Under the pieces are notes generated by a model that did no database searches, was not told the DNA's origin, and worked only from the letters and a program-made list of their open reading frames with translations. 64,000 nt of DNA, from contig MNCI01002773.1 in NCBI GenBank assembly GCA_015680685.1, forward strand, positions 23,616 to 87,615, given 5' to 3'. Each line of letters starts with the position of its first letter. Position 1 is the stretch's first letter. The DNA comes from Gnetum montanum (taxonomy: Eukaryota; Plantae; Gnetophyta). This document shows, piece after piece, positions 1 through 11,699 of this stretch. Both the position numbers and the translations under genes were made by a program.

Positions 1-2198
1 AGAACCACGGCCTGCTCCTCTCACACAGGGGCAGACCTCCGGTCAAAATAACCAGTCATCGCCTCCTAAGCGAAAGGAGGAGGACACTACAATTAATGCA
101 ACAATTAATGCACTTGGAGCGCCGCCAACCCTTTAGTCGTTACAAACAACGACTCCCCGATCCCTTCCGGCGGATCCTGCCCATGGGTAGTGCTGATAAT
201 GTGGGTAATCCAAGGTTTGGACAGCTGGTCTCAGTCTTGCTGTTCCCAGACCCCATTCCTCTGTATGACTAGAAACTTAGCAAACCACTTGAGGCAAGCT
301 ATGAAAAAGGTGTAATGCACATTAAAGCGGGACTCAAGCTTCTTGCGAAGCTTGACCATTTCGTTGCGTAGTCCCTTGGCAAAATAGTTTGCCCAATCGA
401 ACTAGGTTCCCTCCTCCAGAACCTCTCGCATAATGTGGGTCTATTCTACAGAAAATAACTTCACCTATGAGAGGGTTTTGGGGAAAGTCTAGGCCCGGAA
501 AAGGGGATAAAGTGTCTTGGCAACTCCCATCTCGAATTTGTCACAAGGAAACCCTTTGGTCTCTTTGGGGATCCTCACCCACTCCTTCAGACAATCCTGG
601 AATTTAGGGCTCCTCTTGGTCTTCGCCTTTACGGGAAGGCCGTTCGAGGGGACGCTAAACAGGTCCGCGAAGAGCTGAGCGTCGATATCGAAACTTACGC
701 GCACGTTATGCACGCGCATGCAAAAACGCTCCGCCTTCTCGCTGAAGGAGTTGACCAAGGTTATCATTTCACTGGCGGGGACATCAGGGGTCGCAACCAA
801 AAACAGGTGCATTAGCCCTGCTGCCCGGATCTTGGCGGTCACCGCGACTAGGGCCGNNNNNNNNNNNNNNNNNNNNNNNNNNNNNNNNNNNNNNAATAGA
901 AATGCTATTACGTAATGTCCACAACTCACAACTACACGCATAACATTAGAACACGCAGCGACCTTACCAGGTCCGAAGGGCAAAGGGAATGGCGGTAGGT
1001 TCCTCTGCACGTCCTCAACCGTAAGGGGCGAATCCAAGGTCCAGTCATCGTGCAGCCACCCGAGTTCTTGGTAATTCTTAAAAGGATGCTCATAGCGGGT
1101 GTGATACTCACGCATCTCACGGCCAATCTGCCCTATAACACCGACACGCACATTGCTGGTTGAGGTAAACGCCATTATTGCCATTTCGGCCCAGGCCGAT
1201 GCATCACCATCTCCGATTAACCTATTATCATGTATGAAAAACCTGTACCATACAGCGTAGGCTTAACTTACACTTTGCACATAGACTTCTCTTACACTTC
1301 ACATCGATAACAGACACTATAACAGTAACAAAGACAATACAGTTGGCAGGATTTGCTTACCCGCCCGCATAGTACACCGTGCCTTGTGGGTTCTAGAAGT
1401 AGGTTGAAACATGGCGAGCCACGAACAGCGTGTTATATGCATGATAACAACTGAAACAGGCCATTTCCCAGATCCAGCATAGGCTCCTCAGGCCTCGGGC
1501 GCTGAGCGCTTGGTCCTCAGGACGACCCGTATCGATGGCCCCGTCTGTCAAGTAAGCCAGAATCCCCTGTGCAGACCCCGCCAACAGGTGTTCTAAAATG
1601 GCACCGGCAACATCGCCAGTCAGATTAGACCACACAATGATGCTGAAGTTGCACAGTAAGAACTGTAAAAACTCCAGCGCCCCCCTCCGAAACCAGACGG
1701 CCTTCCCCTGCACTCGCGTGTGCGGAGGGGGGACATTAGGGACGATGGGGTTTACCCAACACAAAACCCCAATGATGTCTAACACAATCAGAATAGGCTT
1801 CAGCACGACACTGTATAGAAAACACGCTACATAAATCAACGCCTAGATTTACAGTTGCATCATTAATACAGAAACGTTACACATCATGCTTAGCCATCTA
1901 TGTGGAAATCGCCCAAACCCTTGCAACAGCGCAATGTCCGTCTCTGACAATGGCGATAAACGCAAACATGCCAAACCCTCGCTGTAACACAAGCTTCATA
2001 ACCCAAAACCCTCATTTACACGAAGAACGCTGTATAGCACAAACGCTGAAATAGCACGAGCATGCAAAGAATGACCTACCGGTTCAAAGGTGTCGGGTCG
2101 CGCACTTTGACCACGGCCTGTTGAACACGCTCCAGGTTCTCCTGTACCTCATCGATTTTAGCCAATTTAGTGTTCTTCCTCTTCGTCTTAGGCGCCAT
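1..2198 (-). pseudogene. Antisense multi-exon gene: FCP1/NIF HAD-phosphatase-like domain plus Athila-ORF/plant-transposon-like domain; premature stops
   Basis: Exons 2198-2080 (MAPKTKRK, donor GTAGGT), 1981-~1890 (donor unresolved), 1810-1361 (TACAG acceptor, GTAAGC donor), 1242-968 (TACAG, GTAAGG), then past the N gap. The exon 3/4 junction is in phase. Motifs LIVLDIIGVL, FRRGALEFL..FSIIVWS, YNTLFV..NP; later FDWANYF. Exonic stops are TAG/TGA, consistent with CAG/CGA deamination. Confidence 0.7.
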
Positions 2199-2589
2199 TA
2201 TCATAGCTTCAACACTTGCACAGCTTTGCACCTTCAAATCTTCTGCTCTTCTTGCTCTTCTTAGATAATACCCGCGAATTTGAACTCACAATAGCCAACA
2301 GTCCGTCCTAACCAAAAAACCGCCTACTTGTATGCGAGAATCACTGACTTGATATCCGATTTCAGCGGGACTTTCCTGAAACAGAACCCGAAAATCAAGA
2401 TATTAATGCGGTTGATATCGCACGCACCACTGTCCGAAATGACGTTAAACTACCACATCTTATCGCCTCGTAATCGGGTAGCATTGATTACAACTTCATT
2501 ACAAAATTCAAAATTCTATTAGCTTTCCACGTTTGCTAGCCATCATGTCATCTTCTTCCTAACCATTTATGCACTTTGCGGTTTTGTAG

Positions 2590-5500
2590 GACAAACAACA
2601 AATGGACGCAATACTATCAACACCTTTAACTCTAACTGGCCCATACGGAAAGGTAGTTAGGCAATTCAATCCTGCGTTTATAGACGTTAACCTCCCCTTA
2701 GAAGACGTAACTATAGCTGCGTCGGAGATGTCCCCGGAATGGCCAGAACAGTTGACGCGCACGCTAGACCTGGAAGCTGGGGACATAACCGAAGATCCCC
2801 TTGATGAGGTCTCTATCGTTACGCATAGGGGCGAAGCTAAAATGCTTAAATTTAGTTCCTTGTTAGAACGAGAAACAAACGATGCCGTAACACAGGTCCT
2901 GCAAGACAACATCACTGTCTTCGCATGGTCATACGAGGATATGCCTGGACTAGATCCCAGGCTAATCCAACATAACATCATCTTAGATCCACAGATCAAA
3001 GCAGTTAGGCAGAAAGCATTCAAAATCAAGCCAGAGATCATGCTAGCCGTGCGTAACGAAATCACCAAACTATATCAAGCTGGTTTCATCCACGCGGTCG
3101 ATTACTCGGACTGGGTATCTAACATTGTGGTCNNNNNNNNNNNNNNNNNNNNNNNNNNNNNNNNNNNNNNNNNNNNNNNNNNNNNNNNNNNNNNNNNNNN
3201 NNNNNNNNNNNNNNNNNNNNNNNNNNNNNNNNNNNNNNNNNNNNNNNNNNNNNNNNNNNNNNNNNNNNNNNNNNNNNNNNNNNNNNNNNNNNNNNNNNNN
3301 NNNNNNNNNNNNNNNNNNNNNNNNNNNNNNNNNNNNNNNNNNNNNNNNNNNNNNNNNNNNNNNNNNNNNNNNNNNNNNNNNNNNNNNNNNNNNNNCGGCA
3401 TACGAGTTGACCCTGATAAGGTCAAAGCCATTGTCGAGTTAACGCCTCCGATAGACCTCAAGCAATTACGCGGGTTACAGGGACGCTTGCAGTTTATACT
3501 TTGATTCATCTCGAGATTAACCGACAAGCTGCACCCTATGCAACATTTGCTAAAGAAGGGGGTTAATTTTGAATGGACGAAGGATTGCCAACGTGCGTTT
3601 GATAGCATTAAACAAGAACTCCAACATTTACCTACGATTTTCCCGCCACAAAGGGACTCGCCATTTTACATTTACCTCGCAACTTCGGACGTAGCGTTAG
3701 CAGCATTGCTTTATCAAAGGAGGAACGATGGGTCTGAAGTGCCTATCTACTACCTCAGCCATGCTTTATATGCGTATGAAACGAAGTATAATGAAGTAGA
3801 GCGTAATTGCCTAGCGTTAGTTTTTACGCTTAAGAAATGTAGACATTACCTTTTCCGTAGCCAGGTTAACATTATTTGCAAAAATAACATCCTTATGACC
3901 ATCACGCATAATTTGTACGAAAGTAGTAGGATCGCTCGCTGGAAAGCTATCACCACAGAATTTGATCTGCACTATGTTGGCCAATCTTCTACGAAGGGCC
4001 AAGCGATAGCCGACCAGTTAGTAACATCACCGGTTAACAACCAAGCCACAATAGAGCCCGAATTTCCTGATGAACATGTACATAGTCTAAGCCCCGTCTT
4101 GACAGGCCCCGAGGCGACATTGTATTTCGACGAAGCCTCAACAGCTAGAGGTGGCAGTGCCGCCGCAGTTATTACGCTATCACCTGAGGATGTGCGTCTA
4201 CACGCTTATCGCCTGACCTTCCCTTGTACGAACAACATGGCAGAGTACGAGGGGCTCCTCAGGGGATTGCAAACCGCCAGCGAGTTAGATGTGCGACACC
4301 TAGCGGTTAGGGGCGATTCGATGCTTGTCATAAATCAAATCACTGGAGTCTACGCCTGCAAAGCTGTACATTTGTAGCCTTACTGTGATTAGGCTAAATA
4401 TCTTCTGAGGCGATTTACGACCTTTGACGCCCAACACGTCCCACGCACTGACAACATGCTGGCCGACGCACTGGCCACCCTGGCTTTACACGTGCCTTCA
4501 CACCTATTTAACACCTGCCCTACATTAATTACAGACTACGCAGATCCTATCATTCAGGTGGCGCAAATCTCCTCTCTGCTCGAGGAAAGCACACATGAAT
4601 GGTACAACAATATTAAAACTTATCTTCTACAGGGTGAATTACCGCCTGAATTGACACGCGCACAGAAAGACGCGATTCGCAAGCGGGCTAGGCAGTACGT
4701 CATCATCGGAGACAGCACTCTCTGTAGGCGTTCCTTTGATGGCGTGTTGCTTACTTGCGTTGACAAAGACCAAGCGCAACACATAGTCGGCGAAGTTCAC
4801 GAGGGACTGTGCGGCGGCCACGTAGCACCACGGGCTATGGCCCTAAAAATCCGTCCCTTAGGATACTACTGGCCACGCATAGAAAAAGACTGCCTGACAA
4901 AGGTTAAAACTTGAGACACGTGTCAGCGTCATGCAAACCTCATCCACGTGTCACCCACAGAATTGCATACAACGCAGATAACATGGCCATTTCAACGATG
5001 GGGACTTGACATCATAGGCCCCATCGCGCCAAAATCTTCTGCAGGGCATAGCTTCATTATTACCACTACTGAGTATTTTACGAAGTGGGTAGAAGCTGTC
5101 CCCCTGTGGGAAATTACATCCCAACAGGTTTGCCATTTTATCTTGGACAATATAGTAACCAGATTTGGTCTCCCAATGACTATTGTGACTGACAATGGGC
5201 CACAGTTTAGTAGCGTAGAAACCAAATCCTTCTGTGATGACCTAGGCATTAGACAATCTTTTTCCCCCCCTATTACCCGCAGGCGAATGGTCAAGCTGAA
5301 GCATCAAACAAAATAGTCATCAATCTGCTCAAGAAAATGCTCGACGGCAACAAAAGGCGGTGGCACGAACAGATCCTCTATGTGCTATGGGTGTATCGTA
5401 CTACGTGTAGGACAGCTACAGGTAGTACGCCCTATAGTCTAGTTTATGGATCTGAAGCAGTGCTACCTCTCGAATTGCAGATCCCTTCTCTAAGAATGGT

Positions 5501-5840
5501 CCTCTCCACCATTATAAATGAGGCTCAACACACCGAGGCTCGGATAATGGATTTGGATTCAGTAGAAGAGAAGCGGATGCAGGCTCTTGATACGATTGAG
5601 AAATATCAAGATAAATAGAGACAGAAGCATCATCACAACCTTCAGCAGCATCCGATCAAGAAAGGAGACCTAGTCCTCAAAGCCGTGCGCGAGCCGGCAG
5701 GCAAGTTCTTGGCGAATTGGGAAGGTCCTTTCTCGGTGGTCGATGCATATAGCAACAGAGCTTTCAAACTAGCAGACATTAATAGCAATGAACTACCGAA
5801 CCCTGTAAATCATGTATATCTGAAGCGGTATTACATCTAG
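2590..5840 (+). pseudogene. pol: pol (RT, RNase H, additional archaeal-type RNase H, integrase), disrupted
   Basis: VFAWSYEDMPGLDP; DWVSNIVV; GIRVDPDKVKAI; aRH LYFDEAS/TNNMAEYEGL/GDSMLV/NMLADALA; integrase zinc finger HEGLCGGH; WGLDIIGP; TDNGPQF; WEGPF; ends KRYYI*. Stops at about 3502, 4375, 4390, 4912 and 5616; frameshift in a T/C run near 5270; RT core hidden by N gap 3133-3395. Confidence 0.95.
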
Positions 5841-5877
5841 CAGCATCTACGGTATCGACAGTAGGTATGGCACTACT

Positions 5878-6215
5878 CGTCCGCTACGACGTAAAACTGG
5901 CAACGTTGTACAGGTCCACCAAGATGAAAAACTGGCATCTTTTGCACGTGTCCGCCACGACGCTAAACTGGCGCAGGTAAGTAGCCGTCTGCTGGGACAT
6001 AAAACCAGCACAGCTTTGTCCTTGGGTCATGACACAAAACTGGCATCCATAGCACGGTCTACTGAGACCATAAATCAGACATACCACCGTCCGCTACGAC
6101 ATAAAACTAGCACTTCTCGGTCTGCCCGGACTTTAAACTGGGACCATGGTCTGCTGAGACTTAAAACCAGTAACGGCAGTCTACCGGGACTTAAAACTGG
6201 GATGTACAGACTGCT
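5878..6215 (+). repeat. Degenerate tandem array, about 10 units of ~30 bp, core GTCyGCyrnGACnTAAAACTGG, in the retroelement 3' UTR
   Basis: Units at about 5878, 5911, 5948, 5986, 6030, 6055, 6088, 6118, 6147 and 6177. Confidence 0.8.
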
Positions 6216-7360
6216 ACCATGTAAATCAAGCAAGTGTGATCATCTCTGTACAACTGCACAACCAACGGGGTGGGATACTGGGACAGTCCCAGCGTCGCCA
6301 CCCCACTGGCATCCTACTGATTCCTCGGATAAGTTAAGAGGCATCTTACTGATCCCTCGGAGATGCCGCCGCCACGCCCACCGTAGTGGTAGTACCTTTG
6401 AGAGTTTAGTCTCGCCAGCCGGAGCCCCAACAAAATCCTCGTCGACAATGGCCTCGGGAACCTCCACCAATCATCGCTATCAGACGCCGGCTTCGCAAAT
6501 TCATCTGGCTAGTTCTTTATACAACCAGTTAGGTGCACTGTGTCTGATGCCTTTTGGTGAAGATATCCTAGGCCAATCGTCAGGATTGGCGGCTCCGCCC
6601 GCATGCCCCAGCTCCTTCTTTACAGCCCAATCGCTCTAGCTCACATTAAACGGTGTTTGTTTCTACAACCTCGCCTCCTACTCCCACCAGAGCAATGGTG
6701 CCCTCTCTTTCTTCTTTCATGGTTGCAGGTTACTTGTCACGAAAACATCATTCAAAGATGCATTCATTTGAGCGGTGAAGAACAACAGCATCTTGAGGTG
6801 GCTGCTCAAGTTTGCCCGTCCACTGGGAACTGCATGCCTATCCCTCTTGAACCCTCACACTTAGCCCTTATCTCATTTCATTTCATCCCAATCATATGCT
6901 TCCTGTATGTACCAGCTATATACGCAAACAACCATCTTTCATACTTGCACGGTAATCTAATCCATACGCAATCACATATTGTACCAGAGATATTGCAGAA
7001 AGTGATGCGCAACGCTCCTCCTACAAGCATTCCTGCTATAATCTGTAACAAAGAAATCTCAGATTGATGTGCTACGCTCATCTGAAAGCATTCCTGTTGA
7101 CATAAATGAGCATACATTTCTGTGCGTACGAGCATATTTCAGTCCCCTACCATCATAACTCATTTTGCATCTTCCCCGAACCTGTTTCCAGCTATATCCT
7201 TCTATCTCCCATACCTTCCGGCTTTGCTCTTCCATGTTGACAGGGCAACACTTGAGTAGCCATGGATGGAAACTGTTCTTACTTCTGCCAATTCGGTGTT
7301 TCGCATTCTTTGTCGACGTCTTTCGGGCAAGCCCTCTAACCATCAACAAAGAGGGGCCAT

Positions 7361-8779
7361 TGAAACACCGTGAAAATTACGAGTTGGCCTCAGGCAAAGA
7401 TTCGCAATTCAAGCGAGAGCGTGCATCAGCTTTGTTCAAAGGACAAGTTTATGCTCTATTACGCACGGCAGCGTAATGAGCGTAATAAGCTCCAAAATAG
7501 TCGAAGGCAGAGTCTAGAGAAGCACAACAGTTCGACACTTTTTCTCGCGGCGTATGGATAACTTTTCTTTACGCTCGTTATGCGGCGGTGCGTACCATTG
7601 CGTATTTCATCACTAAGGCTAGACATTATTTACGCTTCGTTATGCGCGACTGCGTAATGAGCGTAAATTAGACATTGTTTACACTTCGTTACGCGTAGCT
7701 GCGTAGTGAGCGTAAGACAATTTTGAGCCTATTGTTTTTATACCGAATTACGCTAATACACGAAACACAACGCGAATGAGTGTAATATAGCCTGAAAGCA
7801 ATTGAAACATGCTCAACATGTACCTGCTCTTCACACGCACAACACGCAAACGAGCATATTGTGCGTAGTCACAGTCTGACTTAAAATGGTCATGTCAACG
7901 GAACCCGAAATATCCGGGACCCACGTCATCAGGGTTACGCCTTTTTATGGGACCCCGCAGCCTATAAATAGACCAGTTGACAAAGATACCAAAAAAGGGG
8001 GCAGGAAATAAAAAGGGCAAGAGCATTTTCTGGGCAAGGAAGCACTGATCACCTTGAGCAGAGAAACAAAGAGCAACCTTTTGGCAACTGTCGACAGCAC
8101 CATCCTTCAGCAAGAGCAAAGCACAGTGCGCTTGAGCCTTAGCAACAAGAGAGATCATTCCTTTGGGGAAGATACGACTTTCTCCATTAGCGATTATTGC
8201 CCTGAGCAGAACCTACTCGAAGCAAAGAAGTAGAACAAGGATTGTGAGATCGTCTCGCCCAGTTTGCAGGCTCTACTGGTCAGAAACAGTTGATCGGCAG
8301 ACGTTAGAGCTTGACCTTCCTTGCATCCCAGCTTTGGCCTACGAGGTAGATCGGACTTCTGTCTGGACAATTTCCTTGTTGTTTTGTGCTCATTTTTGCA
8401 TCAAGTTATTGGGGGTCTCTCCCATTGTAACGTGACATACAAATCATACATTCTTTCAAAAATCGAAACATAGATCTTTGAAGATCACGCGTTTCTCTCC
8501 TGATTAGCATCTCTTCAGCGTGTTTGACGTTATCATTGTAGCGATCTATCCACGTCGTTTTCCTCCCATTTCATGATCCCTCGAATCAAATCGAGGCATG
8601 AAAAGATCCATAATCTTCATCGTTTTACTGACCTGTAAGTCCCTTTCTGATCGACAAGACCGTTCAGGGAGCTGCGGATTCGTTTTTTCCAGCATAGCCC
8701 TCGCGCGGATCCGTGGTTAAAACTGTATACACGGAACCTCGTTTGGTATTTCCAGCTGCCGACGTTTTCTGTCATTACA
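7361..8779 (+). repeat. 3' LTR of the Ogre/Tat element
   Basis: TG follows the PPT; CTATAAATA near 7962; ends CA at 8779. Flank homology with the related copy at 49730 starts exactly at 8780 (GCATTTTGT). Confidence 0.8.
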
Positions 8780-11694
8780 GCATTTTGTAAGACCTTTGGG
8801 AAGTAATTGGAATCTACCTAAGTACCAAAGACTCTCAACATTGTTCTGTTGCCACCAAAGTCAACACCATTGTGCACATTGTTAACACTAAAATTAATGA
8901 TTAGAGTTGGGGAGTACTTGGATTATGGAGTTCAACTATAGAACACAACCTACTTGCTTCAATAGGCTTCAAGCTTCATCCAAGCCAACTTCTTATGCAT
9001 GTGGGTAGATAATTTGTACTCCTTAAACTTTACACTTTAAGAATTTTACTATTCAATAAAGTTTTCAGTTTATTTGTAGTGCAAATTTAGTTTGAATTTT
9101 AATTCTGTGTTTATTTATTTTCATTCAAATCTACATTTCTAGTCATGTTTTCATTCCTATTTATAGTCTCTAAGTCCGTAGGTGATTGACTAGATCGTCC
9201 ATGGCACTTTGGATCCTCTTCTTAAAGATTCTTGAGATCCAAAGTTGGGCTATTTCACCTGGAATTTTTAGTTTTCCAATAATTAATTTTTTTAGGTATT
9301 ACAAACTTATTCCTTATCTAAGAATCATTTAAAGTGATTCTTTTCCTTTGACTAGCCTCTCATGTATGAGTTTAGCATCTACAAGTTCTTTCTTAATCTA
9401 TTCAAAGGATAGGGTTTTTCTTTTATTCTTAGCCCTTAGGTTTGTAGTTTCTTTTGTAAGGTCTAAAATTTTTATATTTAATAAAGAGACATCTTGATCC
9501 TTATTTTTTAATTACTTCTCTAATTTTATACAAATATTTTGAAGAGATAGAACTTCATTACATTAGAGATCATACCTTTCTTCATTAGTTTCCATTTGAT
9601 CATCATCATCAGATAAGCTAGCATCATCATCTATGAGAGCCATACAAATGAAATATGAATCTTTTGAAGTGCCATCCACCTCTTCTTCACTTTTTTCTTC
9701 ATCATCCCAACTTGTATCAAAGTTGGTCTTTTTTGTATCCATGTTGGTCTTTTCTTGGTTTTGTAACTAACTATTGCTATGATATTCATAGGTCACATGG
9801 CTTCTTCCACCACATATCCAACATTTTATTGAAAAAGCATCAAAATTTGAATTTTAAGACTTCTTACCTTTATCTTTAACTTTGGAGTTGGATTGGTTGG
9901 GTCCTAGTTGATTAGGGCTTCTTCCTTTTCTTTCTAGAAGCCTTTGAACTCTTCTTGATAGAAGTGTTATTTCTTCTTCACTATTTACTTCTTGTTTAGA
10001 TGGTTCCTTCTCTTTGGATGTTGATTTTAAGGCAATGGACTTTTCTTTTCTTTCTCTTTCACTTTTGAGATTCATTTCATAAGTAATAATAGCACTTTTG
10101 AGCTCTTCAAATTTTAAGACCCAAAAATCTCTAATTTCCTCCATAGCTATAACCTTATGTCTAAATTCATGTTGTAGTGTTTTAATCATTTTAATGATTA
10201 CATCACTTTCAAGTATGTCCTTACCTATACCCATAATTTCTACAACTAGATCATCTATCCTAGAAAAATAATCTTTAATCTTTTCATCTTCCCTATATTC
10301 TAAGTTTGTCATATTCACTTTGCAAAACCAAAAGTTTTGATCTTTTGGCTATGGATGTGCCCTCATAGGTAGCTTTTAAGGTTTCACAAATTTCTTTAGT
10401 AGTTCTACATCTAGCTACTCTATTGAATTTAGACTTATTTAATGCACAACATAAACAATTTTTTGCTTTAGAATCATACATAAACTTATCTCTTTCTACA
10501 TGTATCCACTTGCTCCAAAGCTTGAGGGCCTTTGATGCACTATCAATAGGTAGTGTGTAATCTTCAAGGATTGACTCCCATACCTCAAATTTCATTGACT
10601 CAAAGAATCCTTGCATACTTGCCTTCTAATAAGAAAAACTGAACCCATCAAACATTAGTGGCTTTGTGTAGGATGTTCCCTCCATAGCTTACTCTTGAAA
10701 GTTGAAGTAAAAAAGTAAGAGTACTGAGCTCTAATACCACTTGAGGATCAAGATATTAGAAGGAGGATTGAATAAGTTCCCCAAACTTAAAAAAACTCTA
10801 GAAACAAAAACACAAAAATTATATTCCTTGCACACCTCCAAACTTTGTTTCTTTTAAAAGTGGTTTGAAGGGCAACACATCCTATACAAGCTTTGAGCTC
10901 TACACTGAAGTGTTTTATCTCTATGAAACAACTTAACCTCACAAGGTTCCAACAAGCTTAGAATGTGGTTTTAAGGATTTTATAACCTTTACAAAATTTA
11001 GCTTCACTCAAAAGTGTTTTGATGCTACAAAAGCATTCAACCTTGCAAGGTCCCAAAAATCTCAATGTGAATGCCTCCTTGTAAGCAAGAAGTACATCAA
11101 CCCTGTAGGACTACAAGAAAAAATAAAAGACATAAGAAAAGAATGTAACTAAATTTACAAAAGTCCTTGCACTTTGAAGCTCAATACAACATACAACCAA
11201 GCAAACAATGTTATAATGAAGAACAAGAATACAATAGCATAGAATAGATAATGATTTATCTTTAGTGAATATTACTTGCATAATTCCCAAGATTTTGGTA
11301 TCTTCTTATAGCCTTTGATTTTTTGAAAACTCGTCAAAATTAGTGCAATGGCTACCAAACATCTAGTGTATATGTCTCCTTTGAGATTGGGATATCTACC
11401 TAAGATTAACATTAATTTAGAAGAGATGTCTCATGGGAAAATGAAACATTTTCTATGGAACATCTACTGGGAAACATCTACTCTTTAATGTAGACATCTA
11501 CTATTTTTAGAAGATGTATCCTCAACTTTTGGCCTCTATCTTTTCTTTCTTGGAACATCTTCATTTGATCTGTAGCCTTAATTTTCATCCATGCTTTCAT
11601 CTTGCCCATGTGATCATCATTTTGAAATCTTATTGTAGATATTGTTTTCTTGAGTTCTTAGGTGTCATTGTGGAGTTCTTGTTCATGTCCTACA
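8780..11694 (-). mobile_element. SIRE-like Ty1/Copia element, 5' part (LTR, tRNA-Met PBS, degenerate gag), cut by the Ogre insertion
   Basis: gag translation PLMFDG..VWESILEDY..AKNCLCCALNKSKFNRV..KVIAMEE; PBS TGGTATTAGAGC at 10739-10728; LTR about 11694-10742 (TGTAGGAC...GATCCTCA). Confidence 0.8.
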
Positions 11695-11699
11695 AATAT

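Larger units (their letters stand above)
1..8779 (+). mobile_element. Ty3/Gypsy Tat-clade (Ogre/Retand-type) LTR retrotransposon, 3' part; 5' LTR, gag and protease presumably lie left of the window
   Basis: Domain order RT-RH-aRH-INT; post-integrase repeat array; PPT-like AAAGAGGGGCCAT before TG at 7361; LTR with TATA ending ATTACA at 8779. The whole block is CpG-rich, unlike the flank starting at 8780. Inclusion of 1-2589 rests on composition and is inferred. Confidence 0.85.

Noticed and set aside
857-894. N gaps (also 3133-3395 and 59733-59843)
   Set aside because: Unknown bases; ORF continuity across them was not used as evidence.
2559-5294. Minus-strand ORFs overlapping pol
   Set aside because: Shadow frames of pol, partly inflated by N runs.
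5878-6215. CRISPR-like repeat/spacer pattern
   Set aside because: Repeats are degenerate, linkers are only a few nt, there are no cas genes, and the context is a eukaryotic retroelement.
6016-7349. Extra ORFs between integrase and PPT on either strand
   Set aside because: No consistent frame or recognisable motif; left as 3' UTR, though a decayed ORF cannot be excluded.
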